From contig NC_043003.1 of NCBI RefSeq assembly GCF_006345805.1, forward strand, positions 5,828,001-5,892,000: a DNA stretch of 64,000 nucleotides, in the 5' to 3' direction. The DNA is from Octopus sinensis (lineage: Eukaryota). A model generated the notes under the pieces. It was not told the DNA's origin. It worked only from the letters and a program-made list of their open reading frames with translations, and did no database searches. The position numbers and the translations under genes were made by a program. How positions within the stretch are numbered: the first letter of the stretch is position 1; the number at the start of each line of letters is the position of its first letter. Below are positions 39,218 to 51,539 of this stretch, piece after piece.

Positions 39218-39289
39218 CTTTATATATATATATATATTATATATATATATATATACATACTTGGAAAAGGATGCATGGTGTTCGATCAT

Positions 39290-39343
<54 letters not shown>

Positions 39344-39519
39344 GACAGACAGAGAAGAGAGAACCGTGTTTTTTTCACTGAGGTATCGTCTGGGTCAACA
39401 GCTCGTGTTGGTCTATCGCATGCTACATGGTGACAGCAGGGGAGGTATCTCGTAGAGATGGTGACTGACCGGAATTTTGCTCAATGGGTCGCCGCCAGAG
39501 AGGACCCAGGAATATACCA

Positions 39520-40300
39520 CCAAATAGTGAATACAGACACTCACTGCAATGGGGTATTCCACCACATCTGACCTGAGCTGACGTATTTGTAGGCGTCCTC
39601 TATTCTGTTTTCGTAAGGCACATTGAGGTCAATGAGAATCACATGTTTAGATCAACTTGAGTGGAGCACAGGCTCAGATATTATCTGAGTTTTGTTGATA
39701 ATGTATGGATGATTTTTTAAAATTCTGGATAGAGTAATTGACTCCTAGTCAATTGCTCTATCCAGTAAACCCTACTTTTAAATTCAATTGGCACAGCAGT
39801 TCCGGCTCACAATAATTTACTGCCTGCATAGAGAAGATGGTTCAAGATTCTGGTAGTGTTGTCTTTCCTCTCACAGTATAGATTGCATGTAAGGTCTCTT
39901 TACGCATTCGATTGTGCTTCATGTCCCATCTTTGCTATGACGCCACTTTGCATTAGTTCAGAACATGTTCCACTGTTTATTTACCTTAACAGAGGGGGCA
40001 TGCAGGGGTATCTAATTTCACCATCCCCATCACTAGAATTGTATTTTAGGGCAAGAAGTACTTCACTCACCTAAAAAAATGAAGCTGACCTCCAAGATGT
40101 TCTCTGGTTGGTAAGTGTTCAAAGCCCACAACAGTGAGACTAAATGGGACACCAAGACACATTCTGATACATTTCTTAATCTTGGATTCCACTGTCCAAA
40201 TTTGCTGGTATCATATATCAACAAAAGCGAGAGAAGGTACGATATTAACACGAACTGCAGGTACCAAACTTTGTATTTCCTAGAGAAGAGTCATTAGTCT
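39520..40300 (-). mobile_element. Hero-like (R2/NeSL group) non-LTR remnant: post-RT region, CCHC motif, RLE domain
   Basis: KYKVWYLQF..LLIYD..CIRMCLGVP; DTPACPLC..TVEHVLN*CKVA..HNR; KHVILIDLNVPYENRIEDA. Confidence 0.7.
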
Positions 40301-40864
40301 ACTGGTTTCCTTTACATTTTTTTTTCTTTTCTACTGTTTATCGAGTTGCCATCCCACATTCCAAGCTTCTTCACTGCTTCTTTGGCCATTGTTGTAATGC
40401 GTTGGTTGGCGAACAATCAGGTCCGATCACCTACCTTCCCTCTCCATACTGAGTATTTGTATTTGCTTTTTGCTTTCAAACGCACACACACACACACACA
40501 CACACGTAACTGTTTATCTTTCATTTTGTTTTAGTAATTACAGTGTGGCCATGCTGGAGCACCGCCTTTGTTTTTCGTCGAACAAATCTCGCACAGCTTT
40601 TATAAAGCTAGTACATATTTTGCCCAACCGCGAGGTTATGACAGAATTACCAAACCCAGATCAGTTCTCAAAACAGTGGGAGTAGGAGCAAGCACACACA
40701 CACACACACACTTACGGACGTATGTACGTATGTATGTATGTATGTATGTATGTATGTATGTATGTATGTATGTATGTATGTATGTATGTATGTGCGTATG
40801 TGTGTATGTATGTACTATGTATGTATGTATGTATGTATGTATGTATGTATGTATGTATGTCAGG

Positions 40865-41230
40865 TCACTTTCGAGTGCTACTAGTAACATGTAACCCAGT
40901 ACAACCTGTTGCATGGTCGGGTCGCCGGCGATTAAACCGGCAACCCCACCAAGCTTGCTTGGTGAGGAGGGTGTTTATTGGACACCCTGCGAGATGAAAA
41001 ACAAAACCCGTCAAAGGGCGGAGGAACTCTTGAGAGTCAACGGCCATCCAATAAATGTCTTAAAGCTGTCTCATGGGCGGGTACATAGAAATAATCGGAC
41101 TGAATACCCGATCGCCCAGTTAAACCATTGGGAGCGAAGGACTCCTAGCCTTTGTTAGGGCATCCTTCTAGGAGAAGGTAACTCAGGTGACTGGGATAAC
41201 TCCGACATAAAACCTGCAGCTCAGTGGTTA
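40865..41230 (+). mobile_element. Dispersed repeat, possibly the 5' UTR of an RTE-type LINE
   Basis: Homologous copy on the minus strand at 59365-59550; GGGCATCCTTCTAGGAGAAGG resembles RTE 5' regions (recalled, not searched). Confidence 0.45.
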
Positions 41231-41589
41231 CCGATGATGTTGACTTGTTCTTCTTTTCGGATTATGGCTGCTGTTGCTTATTGAGTGGGATTGACTCAGT
41301 GCACAGCCTTTCCTCACTTTAAAAAAAATCTTCTTGCACAGGCATTGCACGATAACAACATTGATTAAGCTTCGTGCAATGGCCATACTCGATAACGAGG
41401 GGGTAGCCACCATGTATGTATTACGGTCTCTTTCAGTTTCCGTCTACGAAATCCAGTGAAAACTCTGAAGAGATTTTCCCAGGTTGTCACATACTAGGAC
41501 TGAAACCGAATGTTGCCACATCTGCATCCGAATTCCTTACACATTCTTTTTCTCTGTACGTTTTTTTAACATTTTTATTTTTTCGTTCT

Positions 41590-41730
41590 GACCACCCCAC
41601 CTCCTCGTTTTTTTCTTCTCGGTACTTTCTGCCGATGAGCGTAGACTCGAAACGTCAAAGACTTTTCCATTTTTCCCTAGCGTTAAACTTATACACCTGC
41701 GTCTTTTGTTTTTCTGTAACTTTGAACTAT
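41590..41730 (+). mobile_element. Penelope-like terminal-repeat fragment with a hammerhead-like motif (41625-41660)
   Basis: CTTTCTGCCGATGAGCGTAGACTCGAAACGTCAAAG. Confidence 0.55.
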
Positions 41731-42715
41731 ATATATATTACTTGTATGCATACACACACACACACGACATAGACACGCATACAAACATTCACACACACAC
41801 ACACACACACCTATATAAAGAATAAAACATGTCGCCTACAAGCATATTTTTTCTCATTTCACTAAACTGGCTCTAAGTATATAATTATTGACAACTTATT
41901 TATAATTTATTCATTCATTTTAAAACGAGACTCTGTCAAAACATTAACATACAAATACAAACTTGTTAATTTTTACATTCATTTGTTTCTAATATTTGTT
42001 TTATACTTTTAGGTTTATATTTGTCTTTCTTTACCCATTTGTTTGTTTTTTTCTTCGGCATTACTTGTTGGCATTAATTTTAAATGTTCCGTTATTTAAG
42101 TTTTGTTTCTCATGTTATTGCTAGTTTTTTCTTGGGTTTTTCTTGGTCTTTTTATAGAATCTTATTGTGGTTTTGCAAGTGATGACACATGGCTCAGTGG
42201 TTAAAATGTTAGGCTCACGGTCTGAGGTTACAAGACCAATCACATCACTTAATTTGTTTCTTTAACTGATCGCTTGCAGTACATTATTTAATGTTTCACT
42301 TTAGGACGGTTTTTTTATTAAAACAGATCAATGAAGGAGTTATCATCCAGGCCCAAGAACCCTTTGGCTTTCATGCAACAACTTCAGTTTTCTGTAAGAA
42401 TTCTGGAACCCAAAGCCTCAAATCAATGATATCAGGTTATCTATGTTTCTACCAGCTGTACACGCTACCATCAGCACAATATAAATGATACCTTCAACGC
42501 CTACCTTCCACGTTTTTCTGTCAGTGTTTTTTCCTGTTCCAGCACTATTTCAAATTAGTATATTCCAAAAACAAAAAGAATAAGAATATCGATGTCAAGA
42601 GATACTGTACAGCGTAATAGATATTGCATTCGCATCACTCGCTACCTATGCAAATACCACACAGCAGATTTTTCTAAGAAGCAGAAACACGCGCACACAG
42701 ACACACACATATACA

Positions 42716-42747
<32 letters not shown>

Positions 42748-42765
42748 AATCAATCAATCTACCTA

Positions 42766-42802
<37 letters not shown>

Positions 42803-42870
42803 GTGTGTGTGTGAGTGTGTGTATGTGTGTGTGCATAAATATAGATATATCCAAGAATGTAGTATATAAG

Positions 42871-42927
<57 letters not shown>

Positions 42928-43023
42928 GTATATATACCTACTGCAGGATAAAAACTTTTTCGGGAAAAAAATTTCTTCAATGGCCAGCATATCAAAAAAT
43001 ACCTTTAAAGGTTAATTTATAAA

Positions 43024-43181
43024 TAATTTACAATATAAGGGCCAAAGGAAAATTCTAATGCCAAATATACCGAAAAAAAGAGAAAAATTGTCAATAACCA
43101 TTATAATTGTTAATTGACAATTCTTGTCTTTTTTCGGCATATTTGGCATTAGAATTTTTCTTTTGCTCTTATATTGTAAAT

Positions 43182-43183
<2 letters not shown>
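43024..43183. repeat. Imperfect fold-back hairpin with ~78-bp arms
   Basis: TAATTTACAATATAAG..TTCTAATGCCAAATAT..CCGAAAAAAAGA mirrored by its reverse complement. Confidence 0.85.
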
Positions 43184-43223
<40 letters not shown>

Positions 43224-43304
43224 AATCAAGGAACGGCCATAATAGGCCATTCACCCACTAGAAATAACAGCCAAAAGCTTCAACCGCAAAATAACATCAA
43301 TTCC

Positions 43305-43363
<59 letters not shown>

Positions 43364-43450
43364 TATTCGAGACAAAAACACTATTTTGCAAAACAAACAA
43401 GGAAAGACTTAATTAATACATAAAATTTTAATAAATAGTCAAAAAAACCG

Positions 43451-43493
43451 CCACTACAATCGTTTCTTGTCTTGATCGACAATCTTCAGGTGG
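43451..43493 (-). ncRNA. Minimal type I hammerhead ribozyme (left arm)
   Basis: Exact reverse complement of 47572-47614. Confidence 0.8.
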
Positions 43494-46400
43494 ACTTCCA
43501 ATCTAAAAAATCAATATTTTAAAATATAAAAATAATAATTTTAAATAATTAAAGTATGAATGAAAAAATATAAGTATATAATCCATATATAACCTATCTA
43601 TAATCCATATATAAACAATATATAAACAATATATAAACTAAAAAAACCTATCAACAATTAAATATAAAATATAAAATATAAAATATAAAATATAAAATAT
43701 AAAATATAAAACAAAACAAAAAAAATAATAATAATAATATAATAATAAACTATATATACACCCATACGCATATACCTAATTATATATAACCATATCTAAC
43801 TACATACACTAAATCACACACCTATATATATATCCCTATACATACAATAAAATGTCTAGGCAACTATAAATAAATAAAATAGCTAAATACTTCAACACAA
43901 TACTTATTCATACTCCACACACACACACTACAACCCACATTCACGCTCTAGAAAACGGACATCACTCAAAACTATGAACGGAGAAATGGATAAATGGAAT
44001 TAAAAATTATATTCACTTGGTAAAACGAACACTACTTAAAAATTATGAATGAAACAATGCAATAAAACAACAGACATCGCAAATAGACACAAATTACTAC
44101 AAATTCCTTATCAAACCTACCATGATAACCAAAACTCATAAAAACATATAATGATAAAATTTCCCTTTACTAAACTCTATAACAAACCTATATAGCAATC
44201 CCCCTAACCTAAACATTCACACACAAATACACACACGTAAACCACACACCCACGACATATACAAATACCCACACCACTTACACATACCAATACATACATA
44301 TAAACCTCAACATATACTCCAAAAACCCACTCAACCCCACACAGACAAATAAACACAAAAATATGTATATTGAGGTTTATAAATTAGGATAGGTATGTGT
44401 ATAAGTTGTGGGTCTGTGGTTTACGAGTGTGTATTTGTGTGTGAATGTCTAGGTTTAGGGGGATTACTATATCGGTTTGTTATAGAGTTTAGTAAAGGGA
44501 GATTTATGAGTTTTGGTTTATCATGGTTATTTTAGGGAATTCGTGGTAATTTGTCTATTTTCGATGTTGGTTGTTTTATTACATTGTTTCATTCATAATT
44601 TTTGAGTGGTGTTCGTTTTGCCACGTGAATAACCGGTGAGCTAAAGTTCATAGATGTATATAATGATTTTTCATGGTAGTTTTTTAAAGAATCCATTCAT
44701 AATAAATTTTTTTAAGTAGTGTTGGTTTGCCACGTGGATATAGTTTTTAGTTCCATTTTCCTATTTCTCCATTCATAATTTAAATGACGTTTACTTTCCA
44801 TGGCGCGTATTCTTTTTTACATAAGTTATTTCTATGGTAACGTAATTTTGTTTGATTTTTTTAACGGCTAAGAATTTAATTTCACTTCATAATTTGACAC
44901 TGAATTGTAAGTATGTATTTTATTTATCCTTATGTCATATTGTTATTTTTGATATTCTGGTTAATTACGATGTATTTAATGTTGTTTTCATAGGTGTGTT
45001 TATGTATATGAGATTGTGTGCGAGTTTTTAGTTGTTTAATTTATTTATCTGTATGAGTGTGGGTGTGTAAATATTGTTGTATATATCGAGTTTAGTGAGT
45101 ATGTATATGCGTATATGTGAGGGTGTATATGTATTTGTTGTGTGTGTGTGTTTTGCGTGTGTGTGTGTTTGTGTGTGAATGTGTATATGGGTTTGTTATT
45201 TAGGTTTTGGGATGTATGTGTTAATTTGTCTGTGTGGGAGGGAGTGGGTTTTGGTGTATATTGAGGTTTATAAGTTAGTATAGGTATGTGTATAAGTCGT
45301 GGGTCTGTGGTTTACGAGTTTACGAGTGTGTATTTGTGTGTGAATGTTTAGGTTAGGGAGATTGCTATATAGGTTTGTTATAGAGTTTAGCAAAGGGAGA
45401 TTTATCGTTATATGTTTTTAGGAGTTTTGGTTTATCATGGTTTTTTTAGGGAATTCGTGGTAATTTGTCTATTTTCGATGTTGGTTGTTTTATTACATTG
45501 TTTCATTCATAATTTTTGAGTGGTGTTCGTTTTGCCACGTGAATAACCGGAGGTGGACTAGCGTTGTTTGGATTGTGAATGGAATAGTGTAGTAGTGAGG
45601 TAGGCATAGAGAATGGGTTTGGGTTACTGCAAGTTGTTTGTTAGTCTTTTTTTACATAAGTTATTTCTATGGTAACGTAATTTTGGTTTGATTTTTTAAC
45701 GGCTAGAATTTAATTTCACTTCATAATTTGACACTGAATTGTAATATGTATTTTATTTACCTTTATGTCATATTGTTATTTTTGATATTCTGGTTATTAC
45801 GATGTATTTAATGTTGTTTTCATAAGAGTGTTTATGTATATGAGATTGTGTGCGAGTTTTTAGTTGTATAATTTATTTATCTGTATGAGTGTGGGTGTGT
45901 AAATATTGTTGTATATTTGAGTTTAGTGAGTATGTATATGCGTATATGTGAGGGAGTATATGTATCTGTTGTGTGTGTGTGTTTGTGTGTGTGGTGTGTG
46001 TTTGTGTGTGAATGTGTATATGGGTTTGTTATTTAGGTTTTGGGATGTATGAGTTAATTTGTCTGTGTGGGAGGGAGTGGGTTTTGGTGTATATGGAGGT
46101 TTATAAGTTAGTTTAGGTATGTGTATAAGTCGTGGGTCTGTGGTTTACGTGTGTGTTTGTGTGTGAATGTTTAGGTTAGGGGGATTACTATATAGGTTTG
46201 TTATAGAGTTTAGCAAAGGGAGATTTATCGTTATATGTTTTTTAAGAGTTTTGGTTTATCATGGTTTTTTTTAGGGAATTCGTAGTAGTTTGTCTATTTT
46301 CGATGTTGGTTGTTTTATTATATTGTTTCATTCATAATTTTTGAGTGGTGTTCGTTTTGCCACGTGAATTTTATTTTTAATTCCATTTATTCCATTTCTC

Positions 46401-47571
46401 CATTCATTAATTTAGAGATGTTCGTTTCCAGAGCGGTATACTTTTTATATATATGTTAAGTTCCTTGGTAAAGTAATTTTTTGGGTGTATATGTTGAGGC
46501 TTATATGTACTTCTGGGTGTGTGTGAGTGGGGTGGGAGTTTGTATTTGTTATGGGTGTGGTTTACGAGTGGTTTTGTGTGTGAATGTATAGGTTAAAGGA
46601 ATTGCTATATAAGTATGTTTTAGTGTTTAGTAAAGGGAGGTTTTATCATTTCTGTTTTGTGAGTTTTAGCTTATCATGGTAGTTTTATAAAAGAATCTAT
46701 TCATAATTTTTGTGTTTATTTGTCTGTGTTGGGTTGAGTGGGTTTTTTGGAGTATATGTTGAGGTTTATATGTATGTATTGGTATGTGTAAGTGGTGTGG
46801 GTATTTGTATATTCGTGGGTGTGTGTTTTACGTGTGTGTATTTGTGTGTGAATGTTTAGGTTAGGGGGATTGCTATATAGGTTGTATAGAGTTTAGTAAA
46901 GGGAGATTTTATCATTATATGTTTTTATCTAGTTTTGGTTATCATGGTAGGTTTGATAAGGAATTTGTAGTAATTTGTGTCTATTTGCGATGTCTGTTGT
47001 TTTATTGCATTGTTTCATTCATAATTTTTAAGTAGTGTTCGTTTTACAAGTGAATATAATTTTTAATTCCATTTATTCCATTTCTCCGTTCATAGTTTTG
47101 AGTGATGTCCGTTTTCTAGAGCGTGAATATGGGTTGTATGTGTGTGTGTGTGGGAGTATGAATAAGTATTGTGTTGAAGTATTTAGCTATTTTATTTATT
47201 TATAGTTGCCTAGACATTTTTATGTGTATGTATAGATATATATATAGGTGTGTGATTTAGTGTATGTAGTTAGATATGGTTATATATAATTAGGTATATG
47301 CGTATGGGTGTATATATAGTTTATTATTATTATTATTATTATTTTTTTGTTTTGTTTTATATTTTATATTTTATATTTTATATTTTATATTTTATATTTT
47401 ATATTTATTGTTGATAGGTTTTTTTAGTTTATATATTGTTTATATATTGTTTATATATGGATTATAGATAGGTTATATATGGATTATATACTTATATTTT
47501 TTCATTCATACTTTAATTATTTTAAAATTATTATTTTTATATTTTAAAATATGATTTTTTAGATTGGAAGT

Positions 47572-47614
47572 CCACCTGAAGATTGTCGATCAAGACAAGA
47601 AACGATTGTAGTGG
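47572..47614 (+). ncRNA. Minimal type I hammerhead ribozyme (right arm)
   Basis: CCAC-CUGAAGA-UUGUC(GAUCAA)GACAA-GAAA-C(GAUU)G-UA/GUGG: intact core, 4-bp stem I, 5-bp stem II. Confidence 0.8.
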
Positions 47615-47779
47615 CGGTTTTTTTGACTATTTATTAAAATTTTATGTATTAATGTCCGTTTCCTCCTTGTTTGTTTTGCAAAATAGTGGTTTTGTCTCGA
47701 ATAATATTTATAATATTTTACTATAAAATCGATTTAATCCTAAATCTGATTTTTTTTCCCTGTAATTTTGGATTTATTC

Positions 47780-48114
47780 CCTAATATTTATTATATATAT
47801 ATATATATATATATACATATATGTGTATATATAATATATATATATACACCACACATATATATATAGATACATATATATATATACAATATATATACACATA
47901 TATATATAGATAAAGATACATATTATACATATATATATCTACATATATATATACATATACATATACATACATATACATATACATATACATACATATACAT
48001 ATACATATATACATACATATACATATACATATATATAATATATGGTATATATGTATAATATATATATATATGTATATATATATATTGTATGTATATATAA
48101 TATATATACGTATG

Positions 48115-48154
<40 letters not shown>

Positions 48155-48500
48155 GGTTTATATATATGCATATATGTATATGTATAGTATATATATATGT
48201 AATATATATGCAGATATATATATATATATATTCTCCATATATATATACATATACATATATACATATATATATCTATACATATATAGATATACATGCATAT
48301 ATATATACATACATATATATATATACATACTATATAAATACATACGTAAATATATACATATATATATATATAATATATTACACATATATATAAACACACA
48401 CATACACACAAATATATATATATATACTTACATACATAATTCTTGGATATATCTATGTATGTATGTATGTATGTATGTATGTGTGTGTGTGCGTGCAAAC
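47780..48500. repeat. (TA)/(TACA)/(TATG) microsatellite block
   Basis: Direct reading. Confidence 0.95.
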
Positions 48501-49167
48501 ATACCTCAACATATACATTTGTGTGCATGTGCGTGTGTAAGAGTGTGTATGCAGGCGTGCGTATGTGATTTTTTTTAACGTGCGGAAAGTGACTCAATTA
48601 CTGAGAGTCCCGTGAATGGCACAATCCATCCACGTCCGGAACTCCGGGCACTTGAGTCACTTTCGTAACTTTCTCCCGATTATAAATAAAAGGGCCGATA
48701 TATATATATATATATATGCTTATATGGAGTTCCATTTTTCCTCTTTGTTCTACCAATCGTACGATACGCATGCATATACATGTGTGTACATGTATGTATG
48801 TATACATGTATGTGTGTATATATGCATGTATGTATAGGAGCACACTTATGCATGTACTATACACACACACAAGCACACACACACAAACACTTCTACATCT
48901 ACACACACGTGATAGGATTTCATATAAGATTTTTATTTAGGACCATTTTTTTTTCTTTTCCTAAATATTGATGTCACCAATCATATTCATTGATGGCGAA
49001 CGCTGGGAATTGTGTAAAAATACTCCGCATGCAACATTTGTCAATCAAGTTCTAGATCTTACATCACCAATTACCTAGGGATAGCGGCATGTTTTTCGAT
49101 GACATGTCTTTTCTTCTCCTCATCCATTCAACTTCTGTCTCTTCTCTCCCACAATCATTTTTTTCAT

Positions 49168-49212
<45 letters not shown>

Positions 49213-50575
49213 TTGTTTCAGGCATTTCTTCTTTCACAGATGATATATTAAGCAAGTAAAGATACAGATTTATGGCTATTTTCTTGCTTTTTGGCACCAG
49301 ATCAACTTTACTTAAGCAGAACCTATGATATATGATATTTTAGCTATGACCATTCCATATTTCTGAGAGCTTTTAGGACTGCACAAGCTGTGTCTCGTCT
49401 TAATATAAAAAGGAAAAGTTTGATTTAAAGGTGATATGGCTGCTATCTTTTCCAGGTGGAGCGACCAGATACAGGTTAGTTAAAAGGGCTGATTATCATT
49501 TTCAGCTTATGTCCCATTTTTACGGTAAGTTTTGCTCCCCTTTCAGATTTTAGCTGTCCGAAATCTAATCCTATTTATTGGAAAATGGACGATGCTGCAG
49601 GCCATCTTATCATATGGAAGGTCAGGAGGATTTACAATAACTGCCATCTTTAATTGCTCCCTAACTTACAATTATTGTTTTAATCACCTTCTTGGGGTTT
49701 ATAGGTGTCAGATGTCAGACCTACTCCGGAAAAGAAGCCGTATTTTTAGAAGATATACAGTATGTAGAGAGGTTAATTTCCAGGCATCACTATGGAACAA
49801 TAGACTATGGCCAATACTGTCGATATTATAATGGCAGACACAGTTTCTAGAACATCTTAATTAGTCCATTTCTCAACTCATTCTTCTCACATTCCAATTC
49901 TCACAGTTTTCATCCGCAGAGATTTTTCTCTCGCCTTTTTGTCATTTCTCAAATATTCATTAAAACAACAACAAAAAAAAACACAATTGTCTATCTTACA
50001 GGATATTTTTACTCTTGTGTGGTTATATGTGTTTCCAGTTCTTGTAGGAATACTTTGCACTGAATATATCAACTCGATAAAAATTTACTTTAGGTTAAAC
50101 AACAGCAATAGCGTCGATGAACAGTTCGTATTTGTCATAAAACAGCTAAAATAGCTAAAAACCAAACTTGTTAAATAAATGTCTTATTGTAAACCTCGGT
50201 CACTATGAGAAGCTTCAAATTGAATAGCATCTCCATCAACAGGTATTTCTATTCATTCAATGGCACCTGTATCACCGAGGCACCAGTGCACTGAACTAAA
50301 TGGAAATCGGATAATATTATTGAAAATAATTATGACTTTTTCGGCTCAGGAATTTCTATGTACACAAACTTAATTTATCCGACAAAACTTCACGAAGAGG
50401 ATTTTTCAAAATGTTTTCTTCAATTCATCTGACGTCTTTCTCTTACTGGAGGAACAATCATTTATGTTTTTACAGAACAGAATTATGAAAATTTGAAATT
50501 TTAAGAAGACCTAACAGTGAAAGTCTTCTAAATAATATACTAGACCTTCGTCTTTTCTGTATATATATATATATA

Positions 50576-50973
50576 CTAGCAGTATCGCTCGGCGTTGCTC
50601 GGGTTTGTAAGGGAAATAACTATATAAGCATTTTTAGAGATGTAAAGTATAATAGCCATCTCAATATGGCTAACCACAAAGGGGGGGGGGGTTACTGTAG
50701 CTTTTTACGTTCTGAGATTCAATAATAAATTTTTAGAGAGTTACTTCCCTTATATATGCCAAAAATGCATTAAAAATGGGAAAAATTGATGGTAAATTAT
50801 TTTTGAAATCGTAGACTCATCGTAGACGCGCGCTAATACCCAGAAGCGCTTGATATGAATCATGACTATAAGATGCCCGGTTTTGGTTAAACTGCACCGC
50901 AAAATGTGGGAGTAGTTAGGAATCTAAATCGTAGGAGACAGACAGCACACAACCTCACTTTTATATATAAAGA
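50576..50973 (-). mobile_element. Non-autonomous Helitron, copy 1
   Basis: Minus strand 5' TCTTTATATAT ... 3' CCCGAGCAACGCCGAG hairpin-like segment, then CTAG|T. Confidence 0.85.
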
Positions 50974-51524
50974 CTAGCAGTATCGCCCGGCGTTGCTCGG
51001 GTTTGTAGGGGAAATAACTATGTAAGCATTTTTAGAGAGTTATAGTAAAAAAATGCATTAAAATGGAATAAAAAATGATGATAATTTTTTTTTTTAAATC
51101 GTTGACTCAGTGTCTTCAAACCATGAAGTCGTTGTTCTAAAAGAACGCTGGTCTCCTTGACAACGCTTTACGACGTTGATTTCCTTACACTCCCTTCCCC
51201 ACAGCTTCACGAGGGAGGGAAGAAGGGGGAGAAGCAAACAGGTGCAGGTGTGACCATGGACGCCAACTCCGCCGCCATCGACACACGAAAAATTATGCAT
51301 TAAAATGGAATAAAAAATGATGTTAAATTATTTTAAAAATCGTAGACTCATCGTAGACGCGCGCTAATACTCAGACGGGTTCGATATGAATCACGACTCT
51401 AAGATACCCGAATTTGGTTAAACTGCACCGCAAAATGTGGGAGTAGTTAGGAATCTAAATCGAAGGGGACAGATACTCACACAACTACAGTTTTATTTAT
51501 ATACTAGAGTTTTATATATATAGA
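50974..51524 (-). mobile_element. Non-autonomous Helitron, copy 2, head-to-tail with copy 1
   Basis: A|TCTATATAT ... CCCGAGCAACGCCGGG...CTAG joined directly to the TC of copy 1. Confidence 0.8.
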
Positions 51525-51539
51525 TATATATATATATAT

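Larger units (their letters stand above)
43355..47712. mobile_element. Fold-back Penelope-like complex: ~1-kb inverted arms (43355-44361 / 46708-47712) around tandem degenerate subunits
   Basis: Arms align by eye with few indels; each carries a hammerhead motif; internal subunits start near 44371, 45262, 46095 and 46495. Confidence 0.8.

Noticed and set aside
42415-42560. Possible exon ..GKNTDRKTWK with donor GTAGGC, resembling a PH-domain start
   Set aside because: Weak acceptor and an in-frame stop just upstream; the resemblance is too short.
48586-48663. 78-bp segment with 12-bp inverted ends (AAAGTGACTCAA)
   Set aside because: Single copy in the window with no clear TSD; insufficient to call a MITE.
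2904-48906. Numerous YI/CV/HT/LSIY-rich ORFs
   Set aside because: They are translations of (TA)n, (TG)n, (CA)n, (TCTA)n and (TATG)n microsatellites.
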